Source of the DNA: Candidatus Cloacimonadota bacterium
GTDB lineage: Bacteria > Cloacimonadota > Cloacimonadia > JGIOTU-2
Reading direction: 5' to 3'
Length of the DNA: 64,000 nucleotides
Assembly: GCA_049903315.1 (NCBI GenBank)
Contig: JBNGBT010000001.1
Span: 224,001-288,000, forward strand
Shown here: positions 55,856-64,000 of the stretch, one piece after another
How positions within the stretch are numbered: position 1 is the first letter of the stretch
Layout of the letters: each line of letters begins with the position of its first letter
Program-made: the position numbers and the translations under genes
The notes under the pieces: model-generated
The model's database searches: none
Seen by the model: the letters and a program-made list of their open reading frames with translations, nothing else
What the model was told of the DNA's origin: nothing

Positions 55856-58345
55856 ATGAAAAAGACAACTATTCTATCACTTTTAATTTTATTGGCGTTA
55901 ACAGCAACGCTATTCTCAAGTGACAAATACCTTACTAACACACAAACTTTTCCCTGGATAGGGCCGGATGGTGAAGATCCGGAAGTCGTCTTTGCAGATT
56001 TGATTGAACAGGAAAAACTTGTATCTGTTCATCATTCCGAATGTATGTTTTGGTATGATAATTTTACATGGCAAAACGAAATTGGGAAAATTAGAAATGA
56101 CTGTTTATACAAAATAAAAATTCTTCGTGATACTCCAAATAATCATAAAGAACATGTTGTCCAAGTACCTCAAAACAGAGACCCAACCACAATTGTTATC
56201 GATGTCAACGGTACCGGCAATTATACAACCATCCAGGAAGGTATCGACAACTCTGTAAATGGAGATACAGTTTTAGTCTATCCCGGAATATACTTTGAGA
56301 ACATCAATTATAACGGAAAAAATATTACTGTTGCGAGTTTATATATTCAGACACAAAAAGACTCGTTTATTCATAAAACCACAATTGATGGCAATCACAG
56401 CGGGAGTGTGGTGACATTTAGTAATGGTGAAGATAGCACTGCAATATTATGCGGTTTTACCATTCAGAATGGGAGTGGAACAATATATCATCATATTTTT
56501 ACTTGTGGAGGAGGTATTTATTGTTATTGTGTAAATCCAATAATAACCGATTGTATTATTAAAAACAATACTGCTCAATGGGGCGGTGGTATACAATGCT
56601 TATCATCTAATATAACTCTAATAAATGTAACTGTCAATAATAATCATGCTATTAGTATTGGTGGGGGAATATGTTTTAGAGATGATTCGACAGTAAATTT
56701 TGACTTTAACAACAGATGCAATATCTATCTCAATTATGCTGCAGCAGGAAGTGATATTTTATTGTTTGATTGTAATGAGATTACAGAAATAGTTGCAGAT
56801 ACCTTTACTGTTCTTAATCCAGACCAGGATTTCGTTAATACATTTTTTAGTTATGATGTAAGTTTTAATATATTTAATGCTAAAATTGAACCAGTTAATC
56901 AAGATTTATATGTAGGTCCTACCGGTAATAATATTAATAGTGGGTTAAGTGAAGAATATCCACTTAAAACTATATCTTATGCTTTATTAAAAATTGCTTC
57001 AGACAGCACTCAATTTAATAACATCCACCTTGATGAAGGTACATATTCTTCATCATTAACTGGAGAAAGATTCCCCCTTAATGCACGTAGTTATGTTGGA
57101 ATAATCGGAGAATCAGAACAACGTACTATTCTTGATGGTGATAGTTTGATTTACTTGGTAAATTGTTGTTTTTATGATAAAAGTATACATTTGGAAAATA
57201 TTACAATCCAAAACGGCAGGACAGAATACGGAGAAGGTAATGGTACAGGAATAAGATTTGAGTATTGTTCTAATGGAATAGTTAAAAATGCAACAATAAA
57301 AGATAATATCGCGATAGAAGGAGATGCTGGTGGTATATTTTGTATGGAAAATAGCAATCCTACATTTGATAATGTTACAATTATAGGTAATACTGCTGAA
57401 GTTGGTGGAGGAGTAAAAGTGGTAGAGAGTAACCCTATTTTTTTAAATTGCATCATTTCTTATAACTCTGCAGATCCAACATATATCGGAACGGCTGGTA
57501 TTTCATGTATTAACGAATCTTCAATAATACTAATTAATACTTTGCTTAATAAAAATTCTGGAAATGAAACTGCTGGTATATATTTAGGGACAAATTGTCA
57601 TTCTACTACAATAAACAATTCATTCGTAGACAATAATGGTAATAATACAATATATTTACGAGAAAATGGGAACATAGAATTGGTGAATTCAATTATTTGG
57701 AATAATACTAACAAAGAGATTGTCTTTTATGGAAATTATGCCCCAAACTATGCTGAAATCTTTTACACAGACATCAAGGGTGGTGAATCAGGAATAAATA
57801 CAAATAACAATGGCACTTACTACTGGGGTCCTGGTAATATAAATCAAGCTCCTCTTTTTGTAGATTCACTCAACGATAATTATCAATTACTTCAAGGTTC
57901 TCCTTGTATCGATGCAGGCACACCGGACACAAGCGGTCTCAATCTTCCAGCAACGGACTTGGCAGCCAATCCAAGAATATTTAATGGAAGAATCGATATA
58001 GGCGCGTATGAATATCAAGGATATGGCATAGACGAACCGGATACTTCGTTTATTCATAATCTGTATTTATTCAATAATACCCCAAACCCTTTTAGGGAAT
58101 CCACCACAATATCCTTTATCTCAGCAGATTATGAAAGGATAAAGGAATACACGCTTTCTATATACAATACCAAAGGTCAGCTCGTACGAAGATATGAAGG
58201 GAACAAAGATAATTTTTGGGTAAAAACCGAAATTGTGTGGAATGGCACTGACGAATATGGGAAACAAGTAGCTCCGGGAGCATATTTCTATAAATTAGAG
58301 TATAATGGCCATGCGGTGGTAAGGAAAATGACATTGCTTCGTTAG
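55856..58345 (+). CDS. Secreted right-handed beta-helix repeat protein with CTD
   Basis: YTTIQEGID...GDTVLVYPGIY.ENI; GGGI repeats; SPCIDAG...RIDIGAYE; CTD NTPNPF..IYNTKGQ. Confidence 0.8.
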   Translation: MKKTTILSLLILLALTATLFSSDKYLTNTQTFPWIGPDGEDPEVVFADLIEQEKLVSVHHSECMFWYDNFTWQNEIGKIRNDCLYKIKILRDTPNNHKEHVVQVPQNRDPTTIVIDVNGTGNYTTIQEGIDNSVNGDTVLVYPGIYFENINYNGKNITVASLYIQTQKDSFIHKTTIDGNHSGSVVTFSNGEDSTAILCGFTIQNGSGTIYHHIFTCGGGIYCYCVNPIITDCIIKNNTAQWGGGIQCLSSNITLINVTVNNNHAISIGGGICFRDDSTVNFDFNNRCNIYLNYAAAGSDILLFDCNEITEIVADTFTVLNPDQDFVNTFFSYDVSFNIFNAKIEPVNQDLYVGPTGNNINSGLSEEYPLKTISYALLKIASDSTQFNNIHLDEGTYSSSLTGERFPLNARSYVGIIGESEQRTILDGDSLIYLVNCCFYDKSIHLENITIQNGRTEYGEGNGTGIRFEYCSNGIVKNATIKDNIAIEGDAGGIFCMENSNPTFDNVTIIGNTAEVGGGVKVVESNPIFLNCIISYNSADPTYIGTAGISCINESSIILINTLLNKNSGNETAGIYLGTNCHSTTINNSFVDNNGNNTIYLRENGNIELVNSIIWNNTNKEIVFYGNYAPNYAEIFYTDIKGGESGINTNNNGTYYWGPGNINQAPLFVDSLNDNYQLLQGSPCIDAGTPDTSGLNLPATDLAANPRIFNGRIDIGAYEYQGYGIDEPDTSFIHNLYLFNNTPNPFRESTTISFISADYERIKEYTLSIYNTKGQLVRRYEGNKDNFWVKTEIVWNGTDEYGKQVAPGAYFYKLEYNGHAVVRKMTLLR

Positions 58346-58353
58346 CGCTACGC

Positions 58354-58395
58354 AATGAAAAATTTAAAATAGAAAAGTAAAAATGGAAAATGTGG
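58354..58395 (+). repeat. Degenerate 7-bp tandem repeat, 6 units
   Basis: aatgaaa aatttaa aatagaa aagtaaa aatggaa aatgtgg. Confidence 0.6.
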
Positions 58396-58547
58396 AGTCG
58401 ACGGCTCCGGCGTCGTATAATCACAATAATCATTACTATAATTACTAAGTACTTTCTTCTAATTAATATCCCTTTTTCCGATAACATTGACAAAACTTAT
58501 ATGAGTAAAAGAATTTTTTATGTGTTACATTAAGCTATGGAGATGCA

Positions 58548-59198
58548 ATGAAAAAAATAATTATTCCATTGATTTTAGTCATGATTATAGTATGCTCGTG
58601 CGCGAACGAGCCAAAACGTCAATCACAATATGTGCGCAAAATACCTTCTGATAATGTATTTGTCTTTGAGTGTGAGAAAGATGAATATTACACAGTTCAT
58701 TACCAGGATGACATGGCATTTCTGTATCACGGTTATGATGTGTACAAATTGCCCCGTGCAATCTCAGCCGATGGTGCACGCTTCAGCGACGGGGTAAATG
58801 AATTCTGGAATAAGGGTGATATGGCAATGATCACAATCGGAGAGAAATCCTATCAAAACTGCCAGCTGGTTGATCCCAGTAAAGTTAAACTTAAAATTCC
58901 TGAAGATTATTTCTGGGGTATGAGTAATGATTCAGGTTGGTCACTCTCAATTTTTAATTCAGAAATCGGCGTATTCTTTCATAAGAACAACAAAACATAT
59001 AGATTTGACTCTTCTTCATGCATGGATTCTGGAAAAGATGAGAAAGTCTACACCGCACAAACTGATGATCATACGGTAAAAGTTGTGATCTCAAAGCAGG
59101 ATTGTTATGATAAAAAAAGCGATCAACACTTCCCATACCATGTCACTCTATTTCTTGATGGAAAAGAATATAATGGATGCGGAAATTCCCCTGAATAA
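58548..59198 (+). CDS. Lipoprotein with MliC-like lysozyme-inhibitor domain plus a second small domain
   Basis: Lipobox region VCSC; LPRAISADGARF...FWNKGD.A; C-terminal C.D.......V........GC pattern. Confidence 0.7.
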   Translation: MKKIIIPLILVMIIVCSCANEPKRQSQYVRKIPSDNVFVFECEKDEYYTVHYQDDMAFLYHGYDVYKLPRAISADGARFSDGVNEFWNKGDMAMITIGEKSYQNCQLVDPSKVKLKIPEDYFWGMSNDSGWSLSIFNSEIGVFFHKNNKTYRFDSSSCMDSGKDEKVYTAQTDDHTVKVVISKQDCYDKKSDQHFPYHVTLFLDGKEYNGCGNSPE

Positions 59199-59274
59199 AA
59201 TGCATAATTCTAAAAAAGTTGACTTTGCTTCACGTTTCAAATGTTTGTAAATATGATTTTACATAGGAAAAAAT

Positions 59275-59736
59275 ATGTCTAAAGAACAAAATGCAATCGC
59301 ATATTGTGGATTATACTGTGCTGAATGTTTTAGTTACAAGGGTACTGTTGCGGATTTAGCCCGTGATTTACGAAAAGAGCTAAGAGTTTATAGATTTGAC
59401 AAAATTGCCCAAGTTTTTTCGAAGATTTCATTCTTCAAAGATTTCGAAGATTATGATATATGTTACAAGGTCTTGGGAGCAATGGTCAAAGTGCGATGCA
59501 GAAAGTTATGTAGAGATGGTGGCGGAAATCCCTATTGCAAGGTCAGGATCTGTTGCGAGAAAAAAGGTATTGTCGGATGCTGGGAGTGCGAGGATTTCAT
59601 TATATGTGAGAAACTCACATTTCTTAAAGAGAACCACGGCGATGCACATATTCAAAACATGAAGATCATAAAGAAAAAGGGTGTTTCAGAATTCTTGAAA
59701 GGGAAGAAACACTGGTATTTAAAACCAAAAGAATAA
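59275..59736 (+). CDS. DUF3795-like Cys-rich protein
   Basis: IAYCGLYCAEC...C...CR....C.VR.CC......CWEC..F..C. Confidence 0.75.
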   Translation: MSKEQNAIAYCGLYCAECFSYKGTVADLARDLRKELRVYRFDKIAQVFSKISFFKDFEDYDICYKVLGAMVKVRCRKLCRDGGGNPYCKVRICCEKKGIVGCWECEDFIICEKLTFLKENHGDAHIQNMKIIKKKGVSEFLKGKKHWYLKPKE

Positions 59737-59760
59737 ATATAAAAATGTAGAGAGGAAAAA

Positions 59761-60591
59761 ATGGATCCGATTCAAACAACAAAACCGTATTTGGACAAGG
59801 CAATCGAACTCATAATGGAGTATGGTCCCAAACTGATCTTGGCAATTGTAGTCCTGATCATTGGTATGTGGATCATAAAAGGGATCAAAAAACTCATTAT
59901 AAAAGCAATGGATAAAGGCAAGGTTGATGTCTCTTTACAGAGATTTTTGATCAGTCTGATCATTATTACTTTTAAAGTATTGCTTCTGATAAGTGTCGCA
60001 TCGATGATTGGAATAGCCACCACATCCTTCGTGGCAATTCTCGGAGCTGCCACCTTTGCAGTCGGCCTTGCGCTGCAGGGCAGTCTGTCAAACTTTGCCG
60101 GTGGTGTCCTCATACTCCTGCTCAAACCCTTCAAGGTTGGAGACACAATAGAGGCGCAGGGATTTGTCGGGAAAGTTCATGCGATTCAGATCTTTAACAC
60201 GTTGATGAAAACCTTCGATAATAAGATGATATATATCCCGAACGGCTCTCTTTCAAATGGCAATATCACAAACTATTCCCATGAACCGATACGCAGGGTT
60301 GACATGACTTTTGGCGTCAGCTATGGTGACGATATAAAGAAAACAAAAGAAGTTTTGGTCAAACTGGTCAATGAGGACAAGCGAATACTGAAAGACCCGG
60401 CACCACTTATTGCTGTATCAAATCTTGGAGATAGTTCTGTAGATTTTGCTGTCAAAGTGTGGTGCGAAACTGCTGAATATTGGAATGTATATTTCGCTAT
60501 GCAAGAAAACGTAAAAATGACGTTTGATAAAGAAGGTATCTCGATCCCCTTCCCGCAAACAGATGTGCATTTTTTCAAAGAAGAAAAGTAA
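59761..60591 (+). CDS. mscS: Small-conductance mechanosensitive channel
   Basis: AVGLALQGSLSNFAGG, PFKVGD, IPNG...ITNYS, RRVD, GISIPFPQ. Confidence 0.95.
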   Translation: MDPIQTTKPYLDKAIELIMEYGPKLILAIVVLIIGMWIIKGIKKLIIKAMDKGKVDVSLQRFLISLIIITFKVLLLISVASMIGIATTSFVAILGAATFAVGLALQGSLSNFAGGVLILLLKPFKVGDTIEAQGFVGKVHAIQIFNTLMKTFDNKMIYIPNGSLSNGNITNYSHEPIRRVDMTFGVSYGDDIKKTKEVLVKLVNEDKRILKDPAPLIAVSNLGDSSVDFAVKVWCETAEYWNVYFAMQENVKMTFDKEGISIPFPQTDVHFFKEEK

Positions 60592-60622
60592 ACAGCGTTT
60601 TAGAAATAAAGAGGTATAAGAA

Positions 60623-61375
60623 ATGAGAAAAATATTAATATTTTGTGCAGTAATTTTTTTGACTCTCACCCCGGTCGTTCATGCTCAGTTCGTGACTGAT
60701 CTGGAAACAGGACTCAATCTTAGTGGATATAATGATGTCAGGATACCGGGGGATACAGGGACACCCTTCTCGCTCGCGGATATCGGCTCAAATGCCTCTC
60801 TCTTTTTCCGTGCAAAATTCAACTATACTATTGCAGAAAGACACACAATTTCCATTCTGCTTGCACCTTTTACAAAAACGTATCAAGGTAAACTGAGCAC
60901 AAATATTGCAGATTTTGCAGGACAAAGTTACTCTTCGATTTATGAAGTGAAAGCAAAGTACAAATTCAATTCCTGGCGGCTTTCCTACAGGTGGGATTTC
61001 GTAAAATCTAAACACTTTCAGATTGGCATCGGTCTTACCGGCAAGATCAGAGATGCAAAGATCAGCATGAAGGGCAAGGATAATATGGGCACAATAGTGG
61101 AATCATCAAAGAAAAATGTGGGATTTGTTCCGCTTATAAATTTCCTCTTTGCGTGGAAGATAACTCCCTGTATGAATCTGCGTATAGAAGGGGATGCGCT
61201 TGCTGCTCCACAAGGACGTGCTGAAGATGTATTTTTCGGATGGACAGGATGCATTTCAGATAAAGTAAGAATAAAACTCGGCTACAGATTCCTGGAAGGT
61301 GGCGCAGACAATAATGCAGTATATAATTTTGCACTGTTCCATTACATTGTCTTTGGATTGTCATTTCAGATATAA
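60623..61375 (+). CDS. Putative outer-membrane beta-barrel protein
   Basis: Signal peptide, amphipathic strands, C-terminal FGLSFQI. Confidence 0.55.
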   Translation: MRKILIFCAVIFLTLTPVVHAQFVTDLETGLNLSGYNDVRIPGDTGTPFSLADIGSNASLFFRAKFNYTIAERHTISILLAPFTKTYQGKLSTNIADFAGQSYSSIYEVKAKYKFNSWRLSYRWDFVKSKHFQIGIGLTGKIRDAKISMKGKDNMGTIVESSKKNVGFVPLINFLFAWKITPCMNLRIEGDALAAPQGRAEDVFFGWTGCISDKVRIKLGYRFLEGGADNNAVYNFALFHYIVFGLSFQI

Positions 61376-61398
61376 GTAAAGTACATTAATTGTTGTAA

Positions 61399-61433
61399 TG
61401 TAGAAGGCGATAATGGCATTATCGCCTTCTGTA
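61399..61433. repeat. Near-perfect palindrome between convergent genes (REP-like or terminator)
   Basis: tgtagaaggcgataatg-g-cattatcgccttctgta. Confidence 0.7.
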
Positions 61434-61473
61434 TATTGTGTTATCACGGGCTGTTCCATGAAACGAATGTTTT

Positions 61474-63009
61474 CTACAACTCAAAATCCAATTTCTTTGC
61501 CCACAGCGCTGTCCGATCTCTATTTCTCAGGAAATTATCAGTCATAAATTCACGGTCTATCTCGATAACTTCATCAAATACAACTTCATCATTAATAATT
61601 ACTTTTACAGGATTATCAAAATTTACCATATCGGGATGCAGGAAAAGTGCCAGTTTTTTTACTCGCGATGTTTCTAGTACAAACTCATTCCCAAAATATT
61701 TTGCCTGCACTGCACCCGAAGGTTCGGAATAGACGATCGCATCATAATAAGTAGTGTCCGGGAATTGACCATAAAGTCTGATCTCTTCATCGTATCTTTT
61801 CACAGTAAGACTGACTGAATCTCCGCGGTGCTTGAAGGTTTTCAGACTATCCATCTCATCTAGAGAATGAATCGTAATTCCATCCATTTTTATGATAAGA
61901 TCCTGCTGCTGAAGTCCCATTTCACGTGCTGTGGTTTCACCGTCGACGAGATTATAAACCATGATGCCGTCGTAATCAAAGTCATCATCTGGAAAGAAGC
62001 CGAAGCTGATACGGTCATCAGGAAGCTGGGTTTGATATTCTTTATGCCAATCTGTAAGTGACATCGTAGAGTCTATTTCGAGGATTTCAAGCCAGTCACA
62101 TTTGCCATAATCCGGCGTCCAGGTTTCCCAGTATATACTCGGCTGGAAAATATTTCTCGGCTGCACCTTCATACTTTCTATCATAATCGGAACTTCTTTT
62201 TCTGCATAATCAAAGGAATGCCCGATTCCGTAGTATTCTTTGTAGAGCATATTGGCTCCTGCATCAACAGCGAGATCCATTAAAAGCCGCGTTCTGCGTG
62301 CTGGATATAGTTGATCTAGGTCGGTATTTATGACATTCGATCTTCTGTTCCTGAGATTCGGTAAATAAGATGGAGTGTTTGTCACTCGTGATCCCACAGA
62401 GAGAAATCCGTTCAGGGGATAGAACGATGCAAAATCATCGGGAGTGCTCAATGCCATATAGAAAGAGCCCGAACCTCCGTCAGAAAATCCGGTTACAAAT
62501 ATTCGATCATCATCAATATTGTAATATGTTTTAAGTGTTCTGATCTGGGTTTGAATATTTCTCACTCCTGCCAGATCCCACCAGGATGTGTCTATATTTC
62601 CAAAGGGGAAAAGCATCAGCCAGTTGTTATCTTCAGCATAATGAATGAAATAGTTTTCTGCTATGATAGCCTCTTCAATTGAATAGAAATCCCTTGTGCT
62701 CACTCCGCCATGGAGATAGACGAGTAACGGCGTCTTTTTTGAGGAATCATAATCGGATGGGATATACAACACATATGGTGCAGCCAAAGTATCATTTATC
62801 TGGTTGTAATAGGTAATGTACACGCCGGTTGAATCCGGTTCTGGATATTCGTTCCATTGAGAGAGGATTGTATAAAGTGAGTCGTCCGAGATAGCGTTGT
62901 CCACAGCATATCTATTGATCATATTTAACCAATTCTCATCCTGGGAAAGCAGCGAGGTTGAAATGCCCAGCAAAATCACTAATAAAATAAGAATTGCATA
63001 TTTTATCAT
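61474..63009 (-). CDS. Exported alpha/beta-hydrolase (esterase/peptidase-like) with PDZ domain
   Basis: Start MIKYAIL at 63009; LLVYLHGG, IDDDRIFVTGFSDGG (nucleophile elbow), GIGHS; PDZ-like GLQQQDLIIKMDG. Confidence 0.75.
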   Translation of the reverse strand: MIKYAILILLVILLGISTSLLSQDENWLNMINRYAVDNAISDDSLYTILSQWNEYPEPDSTGVYITYYNQINDTLAAPYVLYIPSDYDSSKKTPLLVYLHGGVSTRDFYSIEEAIIAENYFIHYAEDNNWLMLFPFGNIDTSWWDLAGVRNIQTQIRTLKTYYNIDDDRIFVTGFSDGGSGSFYMALSTPDDFASFYPLNGFLSVGSRVTNTPSYLPNLRNRRSNVINTDLDQLYPARRTRLLMDLAVDAGANMLYKEYYGIGHSFDYAEKEVPIMIESMKVQPRNIFQPSIYWETWTPDYGKCDWLEILEIDSTMSLTDWHKEYQTQLPDDRISFGFFPDDDFDYDGIMVYNLVDGETTAREMGLQQQDLIIKMDGITIHSLDEMDSLKTFKHRGDSVSLTVKRYDEEIRLYGQFPDTTYYDAIVYSEPSGAVQAKYFGNEFVLETSRVKKLALFLHPDMVNFDNPVKVIINDEVVFDEVIEIDREFMTDNFLRNRDRTALWAKKLDFEL

Positions 63010-63011
63010 TG

Positions 63012-64000
63012 TTACTCCTCTGTCTTTTTTTGCAAGATGTCGTTGATGGTTATACATCTATTCATCATTGAATTTTTTCTGCACATCATGTAATGATCGC
63101 AGTAGGTGCATGGTTTTCCATACAATTCACGTTCCCTGATATTGAAATTTCCGAGTATTACTTTTTCACCATACGTCAGAAGAAACTGCGAAAATTCATC
63201 CCGTAAGACGAGATGTTCTTTATACTCATTACGGCTCTTCCACTTGATCAGGAAACCATCATTTGCAAACTGAATCGTAAATTGATTCTTTGACGTTGCG
63301 ATATCTTTTGTACTCTCATAAACGAATAACGGATCTTTACCATTATAGTGATTTTCAAGAGTGAGCAGATAGACGAGTGGCTGCACATCCCAAAACTCAA
63401 CGATGTCTTTTACTGCGGGAGCTGCACCGGTTTTATAATCACTTGCAAGAATACCTCCATCATGATGTTGAGAAATCTTATCGATGATCCCTCTGAAATG
63501 TAACTTTACAACTTCATTTTTCATTTCAAAGATCTTCCATGAACTAAGACTATGTTCGCCAAAATCCTGTTCGAAAAGCAATGGCGTATATGCTGCAAAG
63601 TTATCAATATTGAATCGAAGCAAGGAGACTAGCAGGTTATTCTCATAACATTCTGTAAGTCCTTCTATGTATGGCGCATAAAGCCGTTGAAGGAAAAGAT
63701 CGTTTTCAAGATGAATATGATTTTTCTGTAATACCTGTTTCAATTGTTTATCAAGCATCGAACATGCATGCTCGAAATTGTTTCTTAGAATGGTAAATCC
63801 ATCGGCTTTGCCAAATTCTTCCAGTGCTTTATGAATATGATTTCCGAGCGATTTTCTCAACTCACCATCTTCATTATATTCTAATGGTTTAATCTTGAGT
63901 ATGTCACGGAATAGGTACTGCATTGGACATTGGATGAGTGTATTCATTCCACTTGCTGAGATCAACACTCTATCCGATCCGTCCGGATTGACCTGTCCCT
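63012..64000 (-). CDS. PD-(D/E)XK nuclease, AddB/RecB-like C-terminal domain (5' partial)
   Basis: ISASGMN...QCP; GNHIH; FEQ.F; RGIIDKI; DYKTG; Q...Y; CTYCDHYMMC Fe-S staple; frame is open to the window edge. Confidence 0.85.
   Translation of the reverse strand, partial: GQVNPDGSDRVLISASGMNTLIQCPMQYLFRDILKIKPLEYNEDGELRKSLGNHIHKALEEFGKADGFTILRNNFEHACSMLDKQLKQVLQKNHIHLENDLFLQRLYAPYIEGLTECYENNLLVSLLRFNIDNFAAYTPLLFEQDFGEHSLSSWKIFEMKNEVVKLHFRGIIDKISQHHDGGILASDYKTGAAPAVKDIVEFWDVQPLVYLLTLENHYNGKDPLFVYESTKDIATSKNQFTIQFANDGFLIKWKSRNEYKEHLVLRDEFSQFLLTYGEKVILGNFNIRERELYGKPCTYCDHYMMCRKNSMMNRCITINDILQKKTEE

Overview
Bacterial chromosomal window, moderately AT-rich. It probably comes from a diderm FCB-type lineage such as Candidatus Cloacimonadota; this is inferred only from eight proteins with FlgD-Ig/T9SS-like C-terminal sorting domains. 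Left part (1-15.4 kb): histidine kinase/NtrC pair, an operon of a ThrC-like PLP enzyme, MocA, XdhC, a xanthine-dehydrogenase-family molybdoenzyme and ddl, then a CHASE2 adenylate cyclase, a HAD/beta-PGM, a TPR lipoprotein and NfeD. Centre (15.8-47.8 kb): a ~32 kb alpha-glucan (starch/glycogen) locus with NO SusC/SusD and no recognisable LamB. It encodes GlgE and GlgM, a binding-protein/permease fusion plus MalG, four non-catalytic CTD proteins (three share an unnamed N-terminal domain followed by CBM20-like modules), and a DOMON-like CTD protein next to a PorV-like barrel. It also encodes two divergent paralogous putative outer-membrane barrels (one fused to a CBM48-like module), two CBM lipoproteins, a GH13 lipoprotein, secreted GH57 and GH119-like enzymes, and MalQ. 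This locus is the best candidate for an undescribed system. A GIY-YIG gene flanked by two 119-bp palindromic repeats is inserted in it. Right part: mfd with three PPIase/SurA-like genes, a low-GC beta-helix CTD protein, MliC-like, DUF3795, mscS, an OM protein, a PDZ-hydrolase and a partial AddB-like nuclease. No rRNA, tRNA or CRISPR was recognised. All family calls come from reading motifs by eye; no searches were run.
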